From a virus: 64,000 bases of DNA. The notes below the pieces were generated by a model that worked only from the letters and a program-made list of their open reading frames with translations, was not told where the DNA came from and ran no database searches. Where the stretch lies: the IMG/VR virus record IMGVR_UViG_3300023174_000062; one strand, 5' to 3'. The first letter of the stretch is position 1, and the number at the start of each line of letters is the position of its first letter. Positions 57,403-64,000 of this stretch are shown in pieces. The translations under genes were made by a program, and so were the position numbers.

Positions 57403-57522
57403 TATTAGATTAGTTGACGTAAGCCATGGGCAATCGTAACACCTGAGTAACTGCGTACATAAACGGTAAGGTGGCCACTAATTCCGTTGAGCGTAGCAAA
57501 TAGTGCGTCAACTAATCTAATA
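57403..57522 (+). ncRNA. Unidentified RNA with long closing stem
   Basis: TATTAGATTAGTTGACGTA/TGCGTCAACTAATCTAATA. Confidence 0.65.
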
Positions 57523-57528
57523 GTATAT

Positions 57529-57621
57529 GGAGTAATTGATGCTATGGCGTGTGCATCCTCGGACTGTAAATCCGATCCCTCTGGGTAAACATTCTTGGTT
57601 CGACTCCAAGTTACTCCACCA
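57529..57621 (+). tRNA. tRNA-Tyr(GUA)
   Basis: Anticodon GTA, long V arm, CCA. Confidence 0.88.
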
Positions 57622-57622
57622 G

Positions 57623-57825
57623 AATCCCGTTACCATTTTCGTTAAAATGGCGTTTGAATAGCGATAGAGTTCCGGTGGCAGAAAACCGTTAGCGTGAGGA
57701 TGGAAACTACCCTTACAGGCTCTGATAGGCAGAATCTCAACTGCACACAGACTTTGAATAAATGAGATGGACAGAGTAACTGCTCAATTAAGGGCTTGTG
57801 TGGAAACAAGTGGCTTATCCTAATT
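57623..57825 (+). ncRNA. Unidentified structured RNA
   Basis: Non-coding spacer with hairpins CCATTTT/AAAATGG, CTTGT/ACAAG. Confidence 0.45.
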
Positions 57826-57826
57826 T

Positions 57827-57902
57827 GGTCTTAAAGTGTTCATGGACGCACGATGGCTTGTCACGCCATAAGAGTGGGGATCGTTACCCCCTAAGACCGC
57901 CA
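57827..57902 (+). tRNA. tRNA-Asp(GUC), atypical core
   Basis: Anticodon GTC, G73, CCA; T-loop ATCGTTA. Confidence 0.82.
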
Positions 57903-57911
57903 AGTTTTTAT

Positions 57912-57987
57912 GTGAGTGTGCGCCGAATGGTTAGGTAGCAGATTGCAAATCTGAATAATGCAGGTTCAAGTCCTGTCACTCACTCCA
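57912..57987 (+). tRNA. tRNA-Cys(GCA)
   Basis: Anticodon GCA, U73, CCA. Confidence 0.88.
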
Positions 57988-58001
57988 TACATATATATTA
58001 T

Positions 58002-58077
58002 AGCGGGTTACGTCAGAGGTCAGACTATCAGGCTCATAACCTGGGAGACGGAGGTTCGAATCCTTCACCCGCAACCA
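58002..58077 (+). tRNA. Initiator tRNA-fMet(CAU)
   Basis: Anticodon CAT, unpaired 1:72, GCGGG...CCCGCAACCA. Confidence 0.82.
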
Positions 58078-58084
58078 ATTTTAT

Positions 58085-58163
58085 TCCGAGAAACCCGAGC
58101 AAGGTGCATGGGCGTGACTGTTAATCACTGGTTAGAAGAGTTCGATCCTCTTACTCGGAGCCA
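58085..58163 (+). tRNA. tRNA-Asn(GUU)
   Basis: Anticodon GTT, U1-A72, CCA. Confidence 0.85.
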
Positions 58164-58178
58164 ATTACAAAGAAGAAT

Positions 58179-58922
58179 ATGAAAAAAATAATCTTGTCTC
58201 TATTAATGTTTACATGTTTGAGTGCTAATGCTATTACAGTTTACACATACAACATTACTAAACAGTATCCAATTGTTGATGCTGAAATTAATACAGTCAG
58301 ACCAATAGCAAGTATCACAAAGTTGATGACTGCACTGGTATTACTTGAGAGTGGGATTGATCTGAAAGAGAAAGTTCCATACAAAGGAATGTTCTATTCA
58401 CATAATAAGTTTACTAGAGAAGAGTTGTTGAATTTGATGCTAGTGAAAAGTGACAACAGAGCCGCAGAAGCATTAGCAGAAAGCATGGGTGGTAAACTAT
58501 GGACAGTTTATCAAATGAACAAACGTGCAATTATGCTTCAAATGTATGATACGAAATTTGATGATGTATCTGGTCTGAGTGCAAAGAATACCAGTACCGC
58601 AAAAGATTTAGTTATCATGTTGACAGATGCATACAAGCATGATAAGATACGTGATATATCTGCATTGAGTAGATACGATTTAAAAGTTGTAGATAAGAAG
58701 AATAGAGAGAAACACATTCAAGTCAATAACACTAACGTGAAGTTGATGAACAAATATGATATCATTGAAGTATCTAAAACTGGCACAACGAATGCGGCTG
58801 GTAAGTGTCTTGTGATGATTGTACATAAGAATGGTGAACAATATGCAATTGTTATTCTCGGAGGCACAACAAGAGCCGATGTGGATAACTTAGCAAAGAA
58901 TATAATGGAGAAGATAATTTAA
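58179..58922 (+). CDS. Peptidase S11 D-Ala-D-Ala carboxy/endopeptidase (PBP7-like)
   Basis: Signal peptide; ASITK (SxxK), SDN, KTG. Confidence 0.9.
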   Translation: MKKIILSLLMFTCLSANAITVYTYNITKQYPIVDAEINTVRPIASITKLMTALVLLESGIDLKEKVPYKGMFYSHNKFTREELLNLMLVKSDNRAAEALAESMGGKLWTVYQMNKRAIMLQMYDTKFDDVSGLSAKNTSTAKDLVIMLTDAYKHDKIRDISALSRYDLKVVDKKNREKHIQVNNTNVKLMNKYDIIEVSKTGTTNAAGKCLVMIVHKNGEQYAIVILGGTTRADVDNLAKNIMEKII

Positions 58923-58928
58923 GTTTTA

Positions 58929-59002
58929 GCCCTATTAGTATAATGGCATTACACCTGTTTTGTAATCAGGTTACGGCAGTTCGATTCTGTCATGGGGCAC
59001 CA
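58929..59002 (+). tRNA. tRNA-Thr(UGU)
   Basis: Anticodon TGT, CCA. Confidence 0.88.
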
Positions 59003-59011
59003 GTATAAATA

Positions 59012-59088
<77 letters not shown>

Positions 59089-59099
59089 AATATAATAAT

Positions 59100-59174
59100 G
59101 GGGGATTGGCGTAATTGGGAACGCAATTGCTTTGCAAGCAATAGTCAAGAGTTCGAATCTCTTATTCTCCACCA
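59100..59174 (+). tRNA. tRNA-Ala(UGC)
   Basis: Anticodon TGC, G3:U70, CCA. Confidence 0.9.
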
Positions 59175-59194
59175 CATAAGAATGAAAATAGAAA

Positions 59195-59641
59195 ATGTTA
59201 TATCTAATAAAATCTTTTACTGATAGTGTAATGAGTATGTTAAATGAGGACCCTGTGCGCCCTCATATTCCACATGTTGACAGAGTTGGTGACAACAAAG
59301 ATATCTTTGTGTTGCGTGACGAAACTGAACAAGTGAAAGCAATTACATGTGTAAGTTATCAAACAGAAATTCCAACAAAAGAAACAGAGTTGTTTCAGAT
59401 ATCATCTGAACCCGTTGTTGCAATCTTTTATACCATTTGGAGTTATGCTCCAGGTGCTGGTCGCACATTAATTTTTGATGCTGTTAAACATATCAAAGAA
59501 AACAAACCAGAAATCCAAAGATACGTTACGCTAAGTCCTAAGACTGAAATGGCTAAACGTTTTCATATGCGTAATGGTGCAGTTGTTTTTAGAGAGAATG
59601 AAGACACAGTTAACTACGAATATCATAGAGTTATATTATAA
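59195..59641 (+). CDS. GNAT-fold / malonyl-CoA decarboxylase-like protein
   Basis: AIFYTIWS..GAG..LI...VTLSP...FH..NGA. Confidence 0.55.
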   Translation: MLYLIKSFTDSVMSMLNEDPVRPHIPHVDRVGDNKDIFVLRDETEQVKAITCVSYQTEIPTKETELFQISSEPVVAIFYTIWSYAPGAGRTLIFDAVKHIKENKPEIQRYVTLSPKTEMAKRFHMRNGAVVFRENEDTVNYEYHRVIL

Positions 59642-59650
59642 GGATATATT

Positions 59651-60307
59651 ATGGAAGAAAATAAATTCATCTTACCAATTTTTCAAACACCTCTTTTAAT
59701 TGGTTCGAGTGACAATAAAGAAATTCGTGATAAAATGATTTCATTGGTAGAAAAATTTAAAGACAATGCAGAAAATGCAAGGCTTGTATCGGAAGATTGG
59801 GATCATGCAAGAAGGTCTTCGGATAAAAAAGATTTTTCGAAAAGTGGATTAACGACATTTGGATCAAACAACAACTTATTAAGTGATCCGGAGTGGAATG
59901 ATGTTGTGGCTTTTCTACAACACTTTTCTTCATCAATGATTAGTAGTGTGACAGACAATACCGATTATGGTATGACTAATATGTGGGCGACTTTGTATCC
60001 TAAAGGCGCATTCGTTCCACAACATATACATTCGAATTCAGTATTGAGTGGAGTTTTTTATGTAAAAACTTCTGAAAATTGTGGAAACATAGTATTTCAA
60101 GATCCAGCATGGGTTGCAAAAACAATGCAAACTAGAAAAAATCTTTGGCCAGCAGTTCGAACAAAATTTTCAATTCCACCAGAAGATGGAATGATGATTT
60201 TATTTCCATCTTGGTTACCACATGGTACAGAAATTAATAATTCTGATGATGATAGAATTATTGTCAGTTTCAATATTGATTTTGCAGTTTATGATGGGGA
60301 GAGTTGA
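59651..60307 (+). CDS. 2OG-Fe(II) oxygenase (TIGR02466-like)
   Basis: HIH.NS.LSGVFY, FPSWL.H, RI.VSFN. Confidence 0.85.
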   Translation: MEENKFILPIFQTPLLIGSSDNKEIRDKMISLVEKFKDNAENARLVSEDWDHARRSSDKKDFSKSGLTTFGSNNNLLSDPEWNDVVAFLQHFSSSMISSVTDNTDYGMTNMWATLYPKGAFVPQHIHSNSVLSGVFYVKTSENCGNIVFQDPAWVAKTMQTRKNLWPAVRTKFSIPPEDGMMILFPSWLPHGTEINNSDDDRIIVSFNIDFAVYDGES

Positions 60308-60308
60308 A

Positions 60309-60617
60309 ATGAGTGATGGCGGAAAAGGAAGCGCACCACGTCCATTTAGCGTAAGTCAGGAAGAATACGCAAATCGATTTGATGCTATCTTTAAAAAGAA
60401 TATCAAAGCGGCTGAAGAAATTCATTCCGATAAAGGATATGAATTGGGAACTAAAGAAGGCTATGAAGCATTTGCTAAGAAACGTCAAGAAGCCGCATTA
60501 GATGAAATGGTTCGTGTTAGTCAAGAAATGGGATTGTATGATGATGAGTTTGATGCAATTCATAAGTACAATGAAGAAACTAAAGAAGTTAAATTCAGAC
60601 AGACATATAAAAAATGA
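60309..60617 (+). CDS. Hypothetical protein
   Basis: MSDGGKGSAPRP. Confidence 0.55.
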   Translation: MSDGGKGSAPRPFSVSQEEYANRFDAIFKKNIKAAEEIHSDKGYELGTKEGYEAFAKKRQEAALDEMVRVSQEMGLYDDEFDAIHKYNEETKEVKFRQTYKK

Positions 60618-61279
60618 AAGTTGAATTACATAAATTATTCTACACACCAGTTTGGAGATTTTATTATCCAGACTTTGTAAATGACCAAGAGTTCTTGGTG
60701 CGATATCTTGCACAAGATAATCTATATCTTTCCGAACGTGAGAAGAACGGACTTCAAATCACTAGAGCAAATTTACACAAAGATGCTAAAGTGAAGAAGT
60801 TAACTGACTTCATTCACAGTTGTGGTAAGTACGCAATGGATGATATGGGTTACTATGATGATTGTGGCATTACAAGTATGTGGGCGACTAGACAGAAAGC
60901 AAAAGGCTTTCATCACATGCATAGACATGCGAACAGTTTCTTAGGTGGTTCATTTCATTTGTTTGATGCTGATGGCAATGCAAGCGGAACAGTATTTCCA
61001 AATCTAGGTGCAGAGAAGTATGTAATACAACCTGCAATCTCTGATAAGAATGAATTGATGTTGAAGTCGCAACAAGAGTTACCTTTTATTCCAGGAACGT
61101 TAGTTATGTTTCCCGCATGGGCGACACATCAAACAAGTCCTACTGATTGCAATTATAGAATCATTGTTGGTGTGAACATCATGCCAATCGGCAAAACTAA
61201 TTTCGATCACTTTGATAGATATGATTTTCCCGATACAGGAAATATGAAATTGATGGAGTATGGTGATGAGCAATTTTAG
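60614..61279 (+). CDS. 2OG-Fe(II) oxygenase (TIGR02466-like)
   Basis: HRHANS, FPAW..H, RI. Confidence 0.8.
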   Translation: MKVELHKLFYTPVWRFYYPDFVNDQEFLVRYLAQDNLYLSEREKNGLQITRANLHKDAKVKKLTDFIHSCGKYAMDDMGYYDDCGITSMWATRQKAKGFHHMHRHANSFLGGSFHLFDADGNASGTVFPNLGAEKYVIQPAISDKNELMLKSQQELPFIPGTLVMFPAWATHQTSPTDCNYRIIVGVNIMPIGKTNFDHFDRYDFPDTGNMKLMEYGDEQF

Positions 61280-61793
61280 ATTTATTGAAACTGGAATTGA
61301 TGTAAGTAAAATTATCAAACAAATTGAAGATAAAGATTGGCAAGCAGTTTCAACATATTCTAAGATTGGCGGACAGAAAAATCCATATGGGTTTCTTCCT
61401 CTAGTCATGGGAATGGTTCGTAATCCAGATGACAATCCTAAAAATTCTGAGTTGCAAAGACGCACACCACTCTATGATAAGTATACAGAAGTGAGAAAAT
61501 ATCTTAAGAAGCATGATATCAGAGAAACTTCAAGAGCCGCATTCTTTAGATTGAATCCAAATCATAGCGTAGGGCGCCACATTGATGATGGCACATATTA
61601 TGCAACAAGAGACAGATATCATTTATCATTGCAAGGCACTTACTTGTATGAAGTAGATGGCGAAGAAAGACAAATAGAACCAGGAACATTTTTCTGGTTT
61701 GACAATAAGAAATATCATTCTGCGTGGAACAATGGTACAGTAGACAGAATTACATTCGTGTTTGATGTGCCACATTCCCCAAAGAATCCATAA
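61266..61793 (+). CDS. Aspartyl/asparaginyl beta-hydroxylase-domain oxygenase
   Basis: HID, RYH, WFDN...H...N...RI. Confidence 0.8.
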   Translation: MSNFRFIETGIDVSKIIKQIEDKDWQAVSTYSKIGGQKNPYGFLPLVMGMVRNPDDNPKNSELQRRTPLYDKYTEVRKYLKKHDIRETSRAAFFRLNPNHSVGRHIDDGTYYATRDRYHLSLQGTYLYEVDGEERQIEPGTFFWFDNKKYHSAWNNGTVDRITFVFDVPHSPKNP

Positions 61794-61796
61794 TGT

Positions 61797-61870
61797 ATCT
61801 CGCTGGTGTAATGGCAGCATCACGGTCTCCAAAACCGTTGGTCGGGGTTCGAGTCCCTGGCGGGGTGCCA
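61797..61870 (+). tRNA. tRNA-Trp(CCA)
   Basis: Anticodon CCA, CCA end. Confidence 0.9.
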
Positions 61871-61873
61871 TAA

Positions 61874-61947
61874 GCGGCTATAGTTAAATGGTAGAACTGG
61901 ACCTTGCCAAGGTTCGGATGTGAGTTCGATTCTCACTAGCCGCTCCA
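61874..61947 (+). tRNA. tRNA-Gly(GCC)
   Basis: Anticodon GCC, U73. Confidence 0.9.
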
Positions 61948-61956
61948 TTTTTTTAT

Positions 61957-62032
61957 GCGGGTGAAGTGTTTACGGTTACACGTTAGTCTTCCAAACTGAA
62001 ATAGACGGGTTCGAATCCCGCCTCCCGCTCCA
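61957..62032 (+). tRNA. tRNA-Gly(UCC)
   Basis: Anticodon TCC, U73. Confidence 0.88.
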
Positions 62033-62033
62033 T

Positions 62034-62062
62034 TTGACATGATAGACAATATAGACTATACT
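62034..62062 (+). promoter_or_regulatory. sigma70 promoter
   Basis: TTGACA-17-TATACT. Confidence 0.75.
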
Positions 62063-62081
62063 ACGTGTATAGAAATTAATT

Positions 62082-62156
62082 CTGGCGTTCGTTCAATGGA
62101 TAGGACATGATTCTTCTAAAGTCATTATGGGGGTTCGATTCCCTCACGCCGGGCCA
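62082..62156 (+). tRNA. tRNA-Arg(UCU)
   Basis: Anticodon TCT, CCA. Confidence 0.88.
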
Positions 62157-62161
62157 GTTAT

Positions 62162-62245
62162 GCGAGTATGGGGGAATTGGTAGACCCAGCGGACTTAAAA
62201 TCCGCCGCCTTGTGCGTACCGGTTCGACTCCGGTTACTCGTACCA
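62162..62245 (+). tRNA. tRNA-Leu(UAA)
   Basis: Anticodon TAA, V arm, CCA. Confidence 0.9.
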
Positions 62246-62252
62246 AGTTTTA

Positions 62253-62328
62253 GGGCTGATGGCTTAATGGTTAAAGCAGCCGACTCATAATCGGTCGATT
62301 GGGAGTTCAATTCTCTCTCAGCCCACCA
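62253..62328 (+). tRNA. tRNA-Ile2(CAU, lysidine type)
   Basis: CGACTCATAATCG arm as in bacterial ileX. Confidence 0.78.
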
Positions 62329-62349
62329 AGTTTTATTAAGGAGTACGTT

Positions 62350-62820
62350 GTGCGAAAATTAGATTTAGATGAGGTGAGGCAATTCATAGAAGAACAAACA
62401 CCAGAGACTAAAATCTATATTGGTTGTGATTCTGAAAGATTTAACATAGGTGGATTGTGGTACGCAGATTATATTCTCGCTATCGTAATTCATATCAACG
62501 GAAATAATGGATGCAAATTGTTTGGTGAAGTACAGCGTGAACGTGACTATGACCAAAAAGTTAATCGTCCAAGATATCGTTTGATGAATGAAGTGTATAA
62601 ACTTTCTGAGTTATATATTAAACTTGCAGATGTACTTGAAGGTCGTGATGTAGAAGTGCATTTGGACATTAATCCAAATGAGTTGCATGGAAGTTCTTGT
62701 GTTATTAATGAAGCAATTGGATATATCAAAGGAACATGTAATGTTGTTCCGATGGTTAAACCAAATGCGTTTGCCGCTTCTTATGCGGCAGATAGACTGA
62801 AAGGATTGAAAGTTGCGTAA
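62350..62820 (+). CDS. YkuK/DUF458 RNase H-like protein
   Basis: YIGCDS, RL..EV, VHLDIN, KP.AFAAS..AD. Confidence 0.8.
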   Translation: MRKLDLDEVRQFIEEQTPETKIYIGCDSERFNIGGLWYADYILAIVIHINGNNGCKLFGEVQRERDYDQKVNRPRYRLMNEVYKLSELYIKLADVLEGRDVEVHLDINPNELHGSSCVINEAIGYIKGTCNVVPMVKPNAFAASYAADRLKGLKVA

Positions 62821-63535
62821 ACTATTCGTTATGACTTTGCTTTGTGTGAGTACCCTTGCACATGCTGAAATCGTAAAAGGTACTGGTGAGTATTCATTCG
62901 GTCCTGATACTGCTGAGAATGTTGCATGTAGACTTGCTGAAGAAAAAGCAAAGCAAAATGCAATTGCAAATTTTGTAGGCGAAATGATTGAAGCCGCACA
63001 AAACGAAAATTGTAAAGATGAGAAATGTACCGTGCTTTCTACTCTTTATACTGAAGTGAGTGGTGAGATTAAAACTATTCTCAAGAAAGACAAACAAGTT
63101 TATCCTGATAGGAATCGGCAAGTGTGTGAAGTTGACATTGTTGCGAACGTACATAAGATTACCAATACAATAAAATTTCACGTTGAAGGTAAGAATGACT
63201 TCAAGCAAGGCGAACGATTTGTTTTCCGTGCAGTTTCTGGGATTACCGGTACCGTTGGCGTTTTTAATCTAGTTGACAAACACTATCAATTAGTCTATAC
63301 TGACAAAGTGCTGGAGATTAACAAAGAGGTTCAAATTCCGTCTGAACGATACAAGATGCAAGCAGAATTGCCAAACGGCAAAAGTCATTCTAATGAGTTG
63401 CTTGTATTCTTGATTACCGATAAGAATTTGACTTTTAAGAGTCGGTATAGTACAATGGAGTTTGAGGCGCTGGTAAAGGACATTCCGTTCTCTAGCAGAA
63501 AAGTTATTAATCATCATGTGAGCATTGAAAGGTAG
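62813..63535 (+). CDS. Exported hypothetical protein
   Basis: Signal peptide ending LAHA, Cys pairs. Confidence 0.55.
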   Translation: MRKLFVMTLLCVSTLAHAEIVKGTGEYSFGPDTAENVACRLAEEKAKQNAIANFVGEMIEAAQNENCKDEKCTVLSTLYTEVSGEIKTILKKDKQVYPDRNRQVCEVDIVANVHKITNTIKFHVEGKNDFKQGERFVFRAVSGITGTVGVFNLVDKHYQLVYTDKVLEINKEVQIPSERYKMQAELPNGKSHSNELLVFLITDKNLTFKSRYSTMEFEALVKDIPFSSRKVINHHVSIER

Positions 63536-63539
63536 TGAA

Positions 63540-63668
63540 ATGAAGTCTATTTTTATTATGGGTGTACTGGTAGTCTTAACTGGCTGTGGTACTGTGGGTG
63601 GCACTCTGCAAGGTGCTGGACAAGACTTGAATCAAGCAGGTCAATACATTAAGAATGTAGGAAAATAA
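63540..63668 (+). CDS. Entericidin A/B-like lipoprotein
   Basis: LTGC lipobox, GAGQDL..AG.YI. Confidence 0.7.
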   Translation: MKSIFIMGVLVVLTGCGTVGGTLQGAGQDLNQAGQYIKNVGK

Positions 63669-63671
63669 ATC

Positions 63672-64000
63672 ATGGAAAAGTTTTTATGTTATGCAGTATT
63701 GCCATTCGTCATTTCGTTAACAGCATGTAGCACTATCAAAGATGGTCCAAGTGTAAGTGAAACGAAAATGTTTAGCAATGAAGTAGACTACCCTAAGTGG
63801 TATGTTGATGCACCAAAGAAAGACGATTCTGCTATCTATGGTGTTGGTACTGAATACTCAAACGATTTTCAATTCTCTGTAGACAAAGCAATGTTGTCTG
63901 CTAAACGTGAACTTGCATCTAATTATTCTTCATACACTAGTGCTATGATGAAAGACTTTGCAGTTGAATCTGGTGTGCTAGGTAAAGGTGTTGCTAATGC
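63672..64000 (+). CDS. LPP20-like lipoprotein, 3' truncated
   Basis: LTAC lipobox, PKWY, YGVG, KA...AK.ELA. Confidence 0.65.
   Translation, partial: MEKFLCYAVLPFVISLTACSTIKDGPSVSETKMFSNEVDYPKWYVDAPKKDDSAIYGVGTEYSNDFQFSVDKAMLSAKRELASNYSSYTSAMMKDFAVESGVLGKGVAN

Noticed and set aside
56157-58182. ORF-track ORFs at 56157, 56561, 56692 and 57958, plus 58949 and 61626 on the minus strand
   Set aside because: They overlap tRNA genes and are spurious

Overview
A 64 kb segment of a T4-like (large myovirus-type) dsDNA phage, about 36% GC by eye, probably infecting a Gram-negative host (sigma70-type promoters, spanins, lipoproteins). Positions 1-16.3 kb hold the T4 replication core (gp45, dsbA, gp44, gp62, regA, gp43, uvsX, gp40, gp41) with CobS/CobT-like MoxR-VWA genes, Dps and Hsp20. 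Positions 18-29 kb hold late genes under TATAAATA promoters (likely capsid-internal proteins, spanins). Positions 29-38 kb carry primase, thyX, nrdA/nrdB, thioredoxin, a PlcP-like phosphoesterase plus glycosyltransferase, a RuvC-like nuclease and a ClpP-like protease. Next come a GH19 endolysin, a minus-strand membrane-protein operon, RNase H and small early genes. Positions 55.9-62.3 kb form an array of 26 tRNA genes covering all 20 amino acids, interleaved with several non-tRNA structured RNAs and enzymes. The standout observation is directly upstream of the tRNA array: a 38-codon leader ORF (55689-55805, missing from the ORF track) that contains all 20 amino acids. Its 3' end is perfectly complementary to the 5' arm of an intrinsic terminator. 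This is the architecture of a ribosome-mediated transcription attenuator that would switch on phage tRNAs when almost any host tRNA is depleted, and it is followed by an rrn-type boxA antitermination signal. All functional calls come from motif recognition without database searches.
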